This document shows, one piece after another, positions 17,046 through 27,588 of a stretch of 29,693 nucleotides of DNA. The notes under the pieces were generated by a model. The model searched no databases and had not been told where the DNA came from. It saw only the letters and a list, made by a program, of their open reading frames with translations. The translations under genes were made by a program, and so were the position numbers. Every line of letters begins with the position of its first letter. The stretch's first letter is position 1. Origin of the DNA: a bacterium. Lineage in GTDB: Bacteria; J088; JAWLBW01. The stretch lies in NCBI GenBank assembly GCA_041690355.1, contig JAWLHK010000005.1, positions 248,001 through 277,693 of the forward strand, in the 5' to 3' direction.

Positions 17046-20000
17046 TCACAGCCGCCTGCGGCGCAGGGCTGCCCACACGAGGGTCGCGAGCAGCAGCCCG
17101 AGGGGAGCCTCGCTCGATCCGGCGCATCCGCCGCAGCCAGCGCCTTCGCCCACGACGATGTCGCGCGCCACGCTGGCCGTGTTCCCCGCGAGATCGGTGG
17201 CACGGACACGCAGCGTATGCCGCCCGGCAGCGACGCCGCGCAGCGGAACGGTCTCGGCCTCGAGCCGCGTCCACGGACCTCCATCGAAGGCGTACTCGGT
17301 GACCAGCTCGCCGGACGGCGTCTGCAGATCGGAACGCTCCACAGGAACCGAGCGCGTGTAGACTCCCTGCGGTGAGGGCGCAATCGCAATGCGCGGGGCC
17401 AACGTATCCACCGAGAACTCGATGCGTGTCGGGGCCACCTGTCCCGCAAATCCGCCCACGGTATCGGTCAGGGCCCGCACCTCGAGCGCATGCTCCCCTT
17501 CGGTCAGCGACTCGAGCGCGATATCGCCGCTGTTGCGCGGCGTGCGCCAGAACCCGCCGTCAAGGCGCCAGGTGAAGAGCGCGTCTACGTCGCCGCCCGG
17601 AGCTGCGGCCACGGCCGTGAAGCGCGGACTGCGTTCAGCGATCCAGCGCACGCCCTCCATGGCGGGAACCACCGCCTTCGGGGTGACGGCCGGCGGCGCG
17701 CCGAGTGCCGCCATGAGGGTCGGCAGGTCGAGCTGGCCAAACCGGCGGACGTAGACGCCGAGGTAATCGCCCCGCGATCCCTGCGTGCTCACACCGATAC
17801 CGTCATCATTCGGACCGTCGGGGCCGATGTAGAGAAAGTCGACGTCGAAGAAGCGGGCGGGCGTGCCCGTACCCGTCCCCGTCGGCTGCGGCGGCGTGAA
17901 GAATTCAGTCGAGGCGCGCGTATCCATGTACAGCTTCACGGTCGCGTCGAGCAGCGTAACGACCGCCTGCGCAACGCCCAGCAGGTCGCACCCTTCGCCG
18001 CAGTTGGCCTCGAGCACCTCGAACTTGGCCGCGCCGGGATTGTTCGTCACGAAGTCATGGTTCGTGAAGCGGCCCGCCGCGAACCCGTCGATGATGTTGA
18101 CCGGCGGCTCGAACTGGCTGGCCAGCGCGTCGTTTCCGTAATCGAGATAGGCCTGCCAGTACCCTGAAACCGTACGCACCAGCGGGTCAATCGACGTGCA
18201 CTCGGGCCTGTCGTGCAGCGGATCGAGCTCGTGGCACTGCCGCATGGCGCGCAGATAAATGCCGACCACGGCGTTCCAGTTCATCTTGAGGACTTCGATC
18301 TCGACATTGGATTCGGGATCGACGACGGCGACGTTGAGCTGAAGGTCAGGGAGCGCAATGCCCATCGTGTAGGGCTCGTTGGTAATCGGCGCAGAACCCT
18401 GAATCCCCGGCGCATGCGTATGGGTCAGCGTCCCGATGCCCATGCGCGCCCGCGGGCTGCTCTGCGGCGCGATGCGCACCTTGACGGGAGCATGCGGAAA
18501 CTGCGTCTGAAGCTCTGGCAGAAAGGCAGCAAACGCATCCGTATTCAGGAACGAGGCCCAGGGGGTCTCTTCGCCGGTCTCTTCGTCGGTGGGCGCAAAT
18601 TCGATACAGGCCGCGCCGGAGCTGACCACGGCCTGCAGCAGCTGATTGATGGCGCGCTGGTGGATGTGTATGCTGGCATCGTAATCGATGTTGCCCGACT
18701 CTTTGACCCCGTAGTCGTTCTGATGCGCAGCCACGATGGATCGGCCGCCGACCGCCGTCCCGGCAATGTAGTCCCAGTAGCCGACGGTATCGCGCTGTCC
18801 GGCCGGGGGCTGGACCATTGATGACGCGCCGGCCGGCTTGGTGTCGCTCGGATCGAAGGCCAGCCAGGTGCTCATGGGGAACCGGGCCGCGAGCGCGTCG
18901 GCTTCTTCTTTCGCGCGCTGCGGGGTCATGCACCAGTCGGGCGAACGCTTGTACGGCGCGACCCAGTACGGCTCGATCACCCGGCGACCCGAGTAGGACA
19001 GGTTGGTCTTGGGGTCGATCCAGTTGCCCTCGAGCATGTGGTCTTCGTAATCGTACTGCTGATCTTCGTCTTCGACGTCGAGGAGCGGATTATCGCGCGA
19101 GCAGCGGCGGCTCACGATGGACCAGGCCTGCGATCCGTTGAGCGTCGTGGCGTAGGTGCGGTAGGCCAGGCCCGTGTCGAAGTCGAGCTGAATCTGCCGG
19201 GCGCCGGCATTGACGGCCTTGATGTAATAGACGTTGTTCGGGTTCGCGGCGAACGTGAACTGGTCTCCGACGCGGATATCGGTCATGGTGCCCTGCGAGA
19301 ACGAAGCGGGCAGCGTCAGCCATCCCGCCGAAATTCCCCAGTTGCCCGCGTTGAAATCGCCCGCGCGGCCGCTGTCGATGAGATAGTGCGCCGTGGAGAT
19401 GCGCGAGACGTTGTGGATCTTACTCCACCGCCAAGTCGAAAGATCAAAGAAGAAGGAACCGTTGTACGTCGCATTGATCCCGGGGCCCGTGAGCACGCCG
19501 GTTCCGCTCGTGTACGTATAGGTCGCCGTTCCGGTGCCCGACGCCTGCCACACCGGCGTGACCCCCGTGCCCGAGAGGGGCACCTGACAGCTGCCGGTAT
19601 CCGGATAGACCATCGTAGGGACGGCGAAAAAGGAATCGTCTTCGATGCCGTTGTCGGCGTTGGCGGGAACCTCGTCGACCCCCGGCTGGTCGACGATCAT
19701 GATGCCGTTGCCGTTCGGCGGACGAAACGCAATGGGGCGAAAGCCGAGAGCGCCGTTCAGGTTGATGATGTCGGAGCGCCCCGCAATCGCCGGCTGGATG
19801 TCGACCGGCCAGATCTTACGTGTGGCATCCAGCGGGTCGTTGATACCGTCTGCGCCGGCGCCGGTCAGAAACAGACCGACGTCGACGAGCGACGTTCCGA
19901 AATTCCACGGATCGCCGAGCATCGTGTTCAGGTTCGGCAACCCCGTGTTGATTTCTTCGACCGTGTCGTTGATCAGCTTGGCAAACTCATCCTGAAACAC

Positions 20001-21920
20001 GTCGGCCACCGCGCCGGAGATCTGCTCCACGAGCAGCCCCCCTTCGGCCGTGCCCGAACCGAGCCGGAAAACGCACATGCCGTAGACACTGTGGTAGCAG
20101 GTGCTTCCGGCGGCAGACAAGTCCTGGAAAACGGCGCGAAAACGGTTGACGCCGGCATAGGTGTTGATGGCCGTGGTCGTCAGGTTCAAGCCGATGCGGA
20201 ACCGATCGGGACGCAGCAGGCCGTCATCGGCCCCGGTCCACGGGTCGTTGCAGTGCCCGCCCGCCACGCCGCACGAATAGTTGTCGTAGGACAGGATCTT
20301 CGCCGACCCGGCAAGCTGCACCGAATCGATCATGATCGCGCCGGTCGCCCATTTGCGCTTGACCTGCTGCCCCGGGCGGCTGCCGCAGGACGGGCTGAGA
20401 AAGCTCACGCCGATGGTGCACTCGGTGGCGAAATCGAAAAAGATGGCCATTTCGAGGCGCCACTCGTCGCCGACCAGGTTGAGGTCGATCTCCTCGTTCA
20501 CCGGGTCGAGGGCCAGCGTGTTGACGCGCAGGGCGCTCCAGCCGGTCGTGCCGCAGGTCTTGGTCGCATCGTTGCCGGGATAAATGATCCTGGCGTCGTC
20601 GCTCGAGTCCCATTCCTTGCAGGCGATCCACTTTTCCTTCGTGGAATCCCAATACGACTTGGGACGCAGGCACTGCGGCACGCGGTCGTAGAAGTAGATC
20701 GGCTCGCCGGCGCCGTCGAGCGTGCCGGTATAGACGGGGCCGTAGCCGCAGCCCGCGACCGCCTTCGGGCCGTGCGCCGCCGTCGAAAGGGCGTCCCGGT
20801 CGATGGAGTGAATCTGCATCTCGCGGACGTCCGGATAAAAGGCGATGTCGTCGCCGGGGCGGAAGTAGGAACCGAAGAGCTCGCTGTAGACGCGGGTCTC
20901 ATCGTGGTCGGAGGCGTCGGCCGGAAAGTTTCCCGCTTTCCACGTTAATCCTCCGCCGTCGGCGCCGGAGGTACGATACCCATGCGGATTATTGAAGGAA
21001 CCGGTATAGACGCCGTAGCGCTTGAGCGGCTGATAGCCGAAGTAATCACCGACGGCGCCGTAGTTGAGCGTGAGCGGTCGCATCCAGGCCGGATCGTCTG
21101 CGCCGAGGTTGGTCGAGCGCATCCCCCCGGCGTTCTCGACGAAGCCGTTGGGGAAGATGTAGACGCCGGCGTTCATGTAGATCTCGCCGGCCGGCGGCTC
21201 GACCAGCGGATCCATGTCGCAGCGCAGGCCGAGTTCGTTCACCTGGTGATGCGTGCAGACGTCTGCCCAGCACCAACCGGCGCGGTTCCACATGCACGCC
21301 GACTGCTGATTGAAACATTTACCCTCATCGGCGACGAAGAAGCCGTGCTCGCGCTGAAAGCTCTGCAGATAGGAAGGCAGCCCGCGCTGATTGCAGAGAA
21401 TTCCCTGCGCGATGTGCGCGCCGCAGGCGTTGACGTTGACCCGATCGTCGTTGTTGCAAGGCGATCCTGCGTCGCCGGGACGGCGCACCTGCAGCCAGTG
21501 AAAGCGGCGCGGAGTCGTCTGGTCCATGGCGAGACAGCCGGTATCGTCGCCGGCGCAGTTGTCGGAGCGCCAGGCCCACATGAGCTCAACGGGGGTCGTG
21601 CGCACGCCGCCGGCATTCTTGGCGACCGGATCGTAGCCCGGATCGAGGATCGTGTTGAAGCCGCCGGGTTCGGTGTAGAAGTTGGAGTCGCGCGTGCTCT
21701 GCGGCTCGGTCCACGACCCGAGCATCTTGTTGACTTCGACTTTGGCGGCGTCGAAGAGGCGCCCCGAGACCCGGGCGCGCACCCCGTAGTTCGTGACGTG
21801 CGGATCGTCGATGGCCATGGCCTTCTGCGCAGGCCCGCTCTCCTCGGCGGCGGCGGGTGCGGCCGGCAGGAGCGCGGCGAGGATGGCGGCAAGGATGAAC
21901 AGACGTGCGTGTTCGTTCAT
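17046..21920 (-). CDS. 1624-aa secreted surface protein with putative BPI/LBP (TULIP)-like region, two Ig-like domains and MYXO-CTERM-like anchor
   Basis: Signal peptide ending PAAA-EE; IHQRAINQLL...AFAAFLPELQTQFPHAPVKVRI..SSP; FTWRLDGGFW..GEHALEVRA and GRHTLRVRATDLAGN; C-terminus GCGGCAGSSEAPLGLLLATLVWAALRRRRL. Confidence 0.82.
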   Translation of the reverse strand: MNEHARLFILAAILAALLPAAPAAAEESGPAQKAMAIDDPHVTNYGVRARVSGRLFDAAKVEVNKMLGSWTEPQSTRDSNFYTEPGGFNTILDPGYDPVAKNAGGVRTTPVELMWAWRSDNCAGDDTGCLAMDQTTPRRFHWLQVRRPGDAGSPCNNDDRVNVNACGAHIAQGILCNQRGLPSYLQSFQREHGFFVADEGKCFNQQSACMWNRAGWCWADVCTHHQVNELGLRCDMDPLVEPPAGEIYMNAGVYIFPNGFVENAGGMRSTNLGADDPAWMRPLTLNYGAVGDYFGYQPLKRYGVYTGSFNNPHGYRTSGADGGGLTWKAGNFPADASDHDETRVYSELFGSYFRPGDDIAFYPDVREMQIHSIDRDALSTAAHGPKAVAGCGYGPVYTGTLDGAGEPIYFYDRVPQCLRPKSYWDSTKEKWIACKEWDSSDDARIIYPGNDATKTCGTTGWSALRVNTLALDPVNEEIDLNLVGDEWRLEMAIFFDFATECTIGVSFLSPSCGSRPGQQVKRKWATGAIMIDSVQLAGSAKILSYDNYSCGVAGGHCNDPWTGADDGLLRPDRFRIGLNLTTTAINTYAGVNRFRAVFQDLSAAGSTCYHSVYGMCVFRLGSGTAEGGLLVEQISGAVADVFQDEFAKLINDTVEEINTGLPNLNTMLGDPWNFGTSLVDVGLFLTGAGADGINDPLDATRKIWPVDIQPAIAGRSDIINLNGALGFRPIAFRPPNGNGIMIVDQPGVDEVPANADNGIEDDSFFAVPTMVYPDTGSCQVPLSGTGVTPVWQASGTGTATYTYTSGTGVLTGPGINATYNGSFFFDLSTWRWSKIHNVSRISTAHYLIDSGRAGDFNAGNWGISAGWLTLPASFSQGTMTDIRVGDQFTFAANPNNVYYIKAVNAGARQIQLDFDTGLAYRTYATTLNGSQAWSIVSRRCSRDNPLLDVEDEDQQYDYEDHMLEGNWIDPKTNLSYSGRRVIEPYWVAPYKRSPDWCMTPQRAKEEADALAARFPMSTWLAFDPSDTKPAGASSMVQPPAGQRDTVGYWDYIAGTAVGGRSIVAAHQNDYGVKESGNIDYDASIHIHQRAINQLLQAVVSSGAACIEFAPTDEETGEETPWASFLNTDAFAAFLPELQTQFPHAPVKVRIAPQSSPRARMGIGTLTHTHAPGIQGSAPITNEPYTMGIALPDLQLNVAVVDPESNVEIEVLKMNWNAVVGIYLRAMRQCHELDPLHDRPECTSIDPLVRTVSGYWQAYLDYGNDALASQFEPPVNIIDGFAAGRFTNHDFVTNNPGAAKFEVLEANCGEGCDLLGVAQAVVTLLDATVKLYMDTRASTEFFTPPQPTGTGTGTPARFFDVDFLYIGPDGPNDDGIGVSTQGSRGDYLGVYVRRFGQLDLPTLMAALGAPPAVTPKAVVPAMEGVRWIAERSPRFTAVAAAPGGDVDALFTWRLDGGFWRTPRNSGDIALESLTEGEHALEVRALTDTVGGFAGQVAPTRIEFSVDTLAPRIAIAPSPQGVYTRSVPVERSDLQTPSGELVTEYAFDGGPWTRLEAETVPLRGVAAGRHTLRVRATDLAGNTASVARDIVVGEGAGCGGCAGSSEAPLGLLLATLVWAALRRRRL

Positions 21921-22984
21921 GGCAGAACCTCCCCGGCGGCAGCCGGCGGAAGAACAGACGCCTGCGTGAGCGGACTCGTCAGGCGGAAGTCGGTTTGGGG
22001 CAGCGGGTATCCGCCGGCCTGGAGAAGCGTGGCAATCACGTAAGCGCCGAGCGGGGCCTGGTTCTCGGCCTGCTGCTCGATCGGCGAGCCGCCCCAGGAC
22101 CCATCGGGTCGCTGCGCGCGGATGAAGTCGATGATGATTTTCGTCGGCACGGCCGAAAGCCGTTCGCTGGCCGCCAGCGCGAAGAGAACGTAAGCCGTCT
22201 GGTCAACGGGCCGGTCGCGCTTGCCGAGCCAGCGCACCAGGCGCGGCACCAGCGGCGCGGACTGCTCGCGAAAAACTCGTTCGCCGATGCAGCCGTGCAT
22301 GAGGAAGCCGGCATAGAGCCCGTACTGCACCCACTCGGTATCCGCCGGCCAGGCCAGCGTGTCCATGCGCCGCAGGAAACGCGCATTGTAGTCGGCCTCG
22401 GCGGGCAGGCAATGCCCGACGGCCGAAAGCGAGAAGAGCATGGCCAGCGCCTGATCGGAGGGCCGCGCCGGGAGTCCGGGCTGCATGCGCTCGCGGATCC
22501 AGGCCCAATCGATTCCGCTTTCCAGCGGCCGGATTTCCGCAATTCCCCCCGGCTTCTCGCGAACCAGGCTGGGCAGCAGCGTTCCGCTCGCGAGCACCTT
22601 GGCGGTGATTTCAGCGGCATTGGCGCGTACGCCGAAATCCTTTTCGAGATAATAGAGACCGGTGAGTCCGCCTTCGCGCCAGGAGGCGGCCGGCGCGCTC
22701 TGTACGCGTTCGAGCGCGAGAAGGAAGCGCCGGTTCAGCTCGTCGCGGAAGCCTTCGCCCGCCGCTTCGCCGGCCGCATCAGAGGTTTTCTCAGCGGGTG
22801 CCTTCCCGACGGCTGCCGGTTCAGGCGTGGCGTTCGACGTGCAGGCGATGGGCAGAATCAAAAGACACGCGAGCGCTTGGCACAAGGTGCGATACACGTG
22901 CCGCGTCACAAACGGTCTTCGAGTAGTCGGATCCGGTCTCATAGGTCTCCGGCGAACAGCCGCAGAATTTGTATCGACTTGCAC
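21917..22984 (-). CDS. Putative lipoprotein with a QW-like (prenyltransferase/terpene cyclase toroid) motif
   Basis: LACLLILPIA-C lipobox; predicted helical body; IRAQRPDGSWG. Stop overlaps the next ATG (ATGA). True start is probably downstream of 22984, e.g. 22942. Confidence 0.7.
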   Translation of the reverse strand: MQVDTNSAAVRRRPMRPDPTTRRPFVTRHVYRTLCQALACLLILPIACTSNATPEPAAVGKAPAEKTSDAAGEAAGEGFRDELNRRFLLALERVQSAPAASWREGGLTGLYYLEKDFGVRANAAEITAKVLASGTLLPSLVREKPGGIAEIRPLESGIDWAWIRERMQPGLPARPSDQALAMLFSLSAVGHCLPAEADYNARFLRRMDTLAWPADTEWVQYGLYAGFLMHGCIGERVFREQSAPLVPRLVRWLGKRDRPVDQTAYVLFALAASERLSAVPTKIIIDFIRAQRPDGSWGGSPIEQQAENQAPLGAYVIATLLQAGGYPLPQTDFRLTSPLTQASVLPPAAAGEVLP

Positions 22985-23085
22985 CCACCTCTGCCGCAGA
23001 TCGGTACACTCCGAGCAGCCGGCGCATCGCCAGGCGCCGATGTCGGAATCCTAACAAAATATACATGTTCGTTTCAATTATTTCG

Positions 23086-23258
23086 TTGACACAGTGCATC
23101 ACCGCATTGACGCACTGCTTAATCCGAAAGCCGACCGATCGGTAAGCCCGAACTGTCCGAATGATCTCCTTCTCCAAGACTGCCATAACTTTCCATAAGT
23201 TAACGCGCGCATCACCCTCTTCGTGGCGCGCATGAGTGCGTCAGAATTTCATGACGCA
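23086..23258. promoter_or_regulatory. Lower-GC divergent control region with three inverted repeats
   Basis: CAGTGCATCA-N6-TGACGCACTG (23092-23117), TAACTT-N5-AAGTTA (23186-23202), TGCGTCA-N8-TGACGCA (23237-23258); TTGACA at 23086. Confidence 0.55.
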
Positions 23259-23362
23259 AGGCCACAGTTATCGTAAAACAATATTCGAGCGGCTTTGCGC
23301 CACGTCGGCCCAACATGATAGGATTCGCCGAACACGACTGAGCGTTGACGGAGGAGTTCGGG

Positions 23363-23917
23363 ATGGAGAACAGGCTGCACATCGCCGGAGCGGCGGCGTT
23401 CATGAGCGTACTGGGACTGGCGTCGGTCCTTGTTGACTGGCGGACGGGGCTGATGGCGGGGCTGCTTGCGGCGTTCTTCGTCTACGTACCCGTCCTGCTC
23501 GAAGGCCTTGTTCCCGAAGAGCTGCTGGCACGCTTCAGGCCGGCTTTGCGGCCGTTGGGTATCACGGCGCTTCTCGTCGTGACCCTTACCGTTCCCTATT
23601 TAATTACGCCGGCCTTTCTGGCGCCCGACATCCCGCTTGCCGAACTCGAAGAGAACCTTACCGAGTATGGCTATCGACGTGTCGCGACCGAAGGAGAGCT
23701 TACCGAAGCCGAGCCCTATCCCATGAGCATCGGGAGAGACCTCGTCTTCAGCCTGCGGATTCGCAGTGGCCAGAACCAGATCCGCGCGTTGTACGCCACC
23801 GGAGAGCCGGTGCGGCTGCCGCAAGTCGGGCAGCAGATTCGTCTGGTCGGGGTCGTCGAGCGGTATGGCGGCCCGAAGGCAGAGTTCGTTGCCCGCTCGC
23901 TGGAGTGGTCTGAATAG
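23363..23917 (+). CDS. Membrane protein with about 3 TM helices and a C-terminal OB-fold-like domain
   Basis: RBS GAGGAG; hydrophobic N-terminal half; RVATEGEL..FSLRI..PQVGQQIRLVGVVERYGG. Confidence 0.72.
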   Translation: MENRLHIAGAAAFMSVLGLASVLVDWRTGLMAGLLAAFFVYVPVLLEGLVPEELLARFRPALRPLGITALLVVTLTVPYLITPAFLAPDIPLAELEENLTEYGYRRVATEGELTEAEPYPMSIGRDLVFSLRIRSGQNQIRALYATGEPVRLPQVGQQIRLVGVVERYGGPKAEFVARSLEWSE

Positions 23918-23921
23918 GCGA

Positions 23922-25055
23922 TCAGCCTGCGCGCAGCAATGCGCCCAGCACGCGCTCGTACATGCGCGAGAGACGTTCGAGGTCGGCGACGGATACGCAC
24001 TCGTCGATCTGGTGAATTGTCGCGTTCAGGGGACCCAGTTCGATGACCTCGGCCCCGGTGGGCGCGATGAAGCGGCCATCCGAGGTTCCCCCGCCGGTCG
24101 AGAGGACGGGCTCGAAGCCCATCTCGTCGCGCACGGCCGCCTGCACGGCGGGAATCAGGCGCCCCGTCTGCGTGAGGAATGGAAGCCCGTGCACCTTCCA
24201 CTCGAGATCCACGGAAGTCACGTTATGGCGGGCTAGAATTTCGCGCACGCGCTCCTGAAGCGACTCCGGCGTCTGCTCGGTCGAGAAGCGGAAGTTGAAC
24301 ATGACGCGCAGCTCGCCGGGGATCACGTTGTTGGCGCCGGTGCCCGCCTGCACCTCGACGATCTGGAAGCCGGTCGGCGGGAAGTACTCGTTCCCCCGAT
24401 CCCACTCGGTCGCCGCCAGTTCCGCCAGCGCGGGCGCGACCTTGTGGATCGGATTTTCCGCAAGATGCGGATAGGCGACGTGCCCCTGTTTTCCACGTAC
24501 GGTGAGGTAGCCGGTCATCGACCCGCGCCGTCCATTGCGCGCAAGGTCGCCCAGGCGCTTCTCGCTCGACGGCTCGCCCACGACGCACCAAGTGATCTTT
24601 TCGTTCCGCGCCTCCAGCGCCTCGATCACGCGGCGCGTGCCGTCGATGGAAGGGCCCTCTTCGTCGGCCGTGAGCAGAAAGGCGATGGAGCCGGAATGAT
24701 CCGGGTGCGCGGCGACGAAGCGCTCCACAGCCGTGACCATGGCGGCCAGGCTCCCCTTCATGTCGGCGGCGCCGCGCCCGTAGAGCATGCCGTCGCGAAT
24801 CACGGGCTCGAATGGATTCGAGCTCCACTTGTCGAGCGGACCGGTGGGCACGACGTCGGTGTGCCCCGCAAAGCAGAAGAGCGGACCTTCCGCTCCGCGC
24901 CTTGCCCACAGGTTCTCGACCTCGCCGAAGCGCATGCGCTCGAGGCGGAACCCGATGGCTTCCAGACGGCGGCCAATCAGCTCCTGGCACCCCTCGTCGC
25001 GGGGGGTAACCGAGGCTTTCGCGATCAGGGCGCTGGCGAGTTCGACCGTGCTCAT
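23922..25055 (-). CDS. dapE: Succinyl-diaminopimelate desuccinylase
   Basis: [57 protein letters not shown] and NATIHQIDE. Confidence 0.97.
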   Translation of the reverse strand: MSTVELASALIAKASVTPRDEGCQELIGRRLEAIGFRLERMRFGEVENLWARRGAEGPLFCFAGHTDVVPTGPLDKWSSNPFEPVIRDGMLYGRGAADMKGSLAAMVTAVERFVAAHPDHSGSIAFLLTADEEGPSIDGTRRVIEALEARNEKITWCVVGEPSSEKRLGDLARNGRRGSMTGYLTVRGKQGHVAYPHLAENPIHKVAPALAELAATEWDRGNEYFPPTGFQIVEVQAGTGANNVIPGELRVMFNFRFSTEQTPESLQERVREILARHNVTSVDLEWKVHGLPFLTQTGRLIPAVQAAVRDEMGFEPVLSTGGGTSDGRFIAPTGAEVIELGPLNATIHQIDECVSVADLERLSRMYERVLGALLRAG

Positions 25056-25092
25056 ACCTTCCGCCCGATGACGGAAAAAGGGGAAATCCGAA

Positions 25093-25923
<831 letters not shown>

Positions 25924-25975
25924 GGCAACTCCTCTCCGGACAGATGTGGACAAACGAAAATTGTACCGGACCCGC

Positions 25976-27529
25976 TCAGTGCGCGCCCGCTTCGGTGCGG
26001 TGCGCTTCGAGGATTTCGGGGGTCAGGCGGCCGGCTTCGGCAATGCCGGAATAGACCTCGCCGACCTTTTTGAGCGTGCGCGCCTTGGTCGTGCGATCGT
26101 AGTCGAACAGACCGAACTCCATGCCGAACCCATGGTTCCACTCGTAGTTGTCGATGAACGACCAGAACATGTAGCCGCGCACGTCGGCGCCGTCGGCGAT
26201 GGCCTTGCGGATCCACGACAGGTGATCGACGAGAAAGGCCGGGGCCGTCTCGGTGTCGTCGTTGGTGCTCACGGTGCCGTTTTCTGTGATGTAAATCGGC
26301 AGCCCATAGCGCTCCTTCACGAACATGGCGACTTCATAGATCCCCTGCGGGAAAACGGCGAAAAGATTCGTCGTGTCGGGCATGAAGGTGAAGAGCGGGA
26401 TGTGCGGCACCAGCGGGCCCGACAGGCCGCTCACGGTCAGGCGCGTGTAGTAGTTGATGCCGACGAAGTCCATGCGTCCCTTCAGATCCTCGCGCACTTC
26501 GTCGGGGGTGCCGTCGAGATCGGTGTCGTAGTCGCCGAGGATGAGCGGATCGAGCATGTGCTCGTTGTACAACTTGTGGGCGTTCTCGGCGGCCTTCACG
26601 TCCCGTTCCTTCTCGGGATCCATCGGATAGGTGGGCGCCAGGTTGGGCACGAGGCCGACCATCGTGTTCACGCCGTCGCCATCGGCATCGACGGTATCGC
26701 CGGCGTGGATGGCGTCGTACATGCGGGCGTGGGCCTCGATCATGTTCCGGATGACGATGGGCGCCCACTTCACCTGCGCATCGCTGATCCCCGGCGGATT
26801 CGTGCGCTCCTTCGACGGCAGCGTGTAGCCGGGCACGACCACGGCGTACGGTTCGTTCAGCGTCGCCCACAGGTCGACCTTGTCGCCGAATTCCTTCGCC
26901 GCGAAGCCGGCGTACTTGGCCATCTCGGGGATCAGGCGGTCGCCGTCCATCCAGCCGCGGTTCTCGCAGCCTTCGGGATCGAAGTGGCAGGCGACGCCAT
27001 CGTGAATCCAGAGCGGCATCGAATAGTGGATGAGCGTGACGATGGGCGTGATCCCCTTTGCCTTGAGCGAATCGAACATCGCGTGGTACTTCGCGAGTCC
27101 TTCGGGGTCGGCCAGAGCGCGCAGGGCCGCGTGATCGGTCACGCCTTCGGTGCTCTGCGTGAACAGGCGGCTCCACTCGATCGACATGCGGAAGCCGTTG
27201 TTGTGCAGCGTGCCGGCCATCAGCTCGTGGTCGGATTCGTAGAGTTCCCAGTGGCCCGGGCCCTCGTGCACGTCGTCTCCGTTCACGAGCTCCTCATCGA
27301 TAATCCGCTGGTCGGTCGCCCACTGGTACCAGTCGCTCTGCAGGTCGGGACACGGCGCCGTGGGGCAGCCGAGGTCGACCTGGAAGCCGGCCGTGGCCGT
27401 CCCGAAGAGGAAGGTGGCGGGAAACGCGGCCGCGGCGTCGAAGCCGGCGGGCTCTTCGGGCGTGTCGGAACCGTTGCAGGCGGCGAGCGCACCGGCCAGC
27501 GCAAGCGCGGCAAAGCGAGCGGACATCAT
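25976..27529 (-). CDS. Glycoside hydrolase family 1 (beta-glucosidase-like) lipoprotein
   Basis: Lipobox [28 protein letters not shown] (acid/base), GINYY, ITENG (nucleophile) and WSFIDNYEW. Confidence 0.95.
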   Translation of the reverse strand: MMSARFAALALAGALAACNGSDTPEEPAGFDAAAAFPATFLFGTATAGFQVDLGCPTAPCPDLQSDWYQWATDQRIIDEELVNGDDVHEGPGHWELYESDHELMAGTLHNNGFRMSIEWSRLFTQSTEGVTDHAALRALADPEGLAKYHAMFDSLKAKGITPIVTLIHYSMPLWIHDGVACHFDPEGCENRGWMDGDRLIPEMAKYAGFAAKEFGDKVDLWATLNEPYAVVVPGYTLPSKERTNPPGISDAQVKWAPIVIRNMIEAHARMYDAIHAGDTVDADGDGVNTMVGLVPNLAPTYPMDPEKERDVKAAENAHKLYNEHMLDPLILGDYDTDLDGTPDEVREDLKGRMDFVGINYYTRLTVSGLSGPLVPHIPLFTFMPDTTNLFAVFPQGIYEVAMFVKERYGLPIYITENGTVSTNDDTETAPAFLVDHLSWIRKAIADGADVRGYMFWSFIDNYEWNHGFGMEFGLFDYDRTTKARTLKKVGEVYSGIAEAGRLTPEILEAHRTEAGAH

Positions 27530-27559
27530 GCGGAAACCTCGTGGCAGGGAAGTCTCTTG

Positions 27560-27588
27560 ATGGTAGCCCGAGAAGGGGCGATTTACAA
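27560..27588 (-). promoter_or_regulatory. Putative sigma70 promoter for the GH1 gene
   Basis: TTGTAA-N17-TACCAT on the minus strand, 30 nt upstream of the ATG. Confidence 0.55.

Noticed and set aside
14307-17375. 1022-aa plus-strand ORF (likewise 19038-20948, 25826-27604, 3447-5033 and 11783-13933)
   Set aside because: Antisense or alternate-frame shadows of real genes, with low-complexity composition and no domains.
22821-23436. Short ORFs or a riboswitch in the intergenic spacer
   Set aside because: Atypical codon usage and no recognisable protein or aptamer consensus by eye; an Rfam search is still needed.
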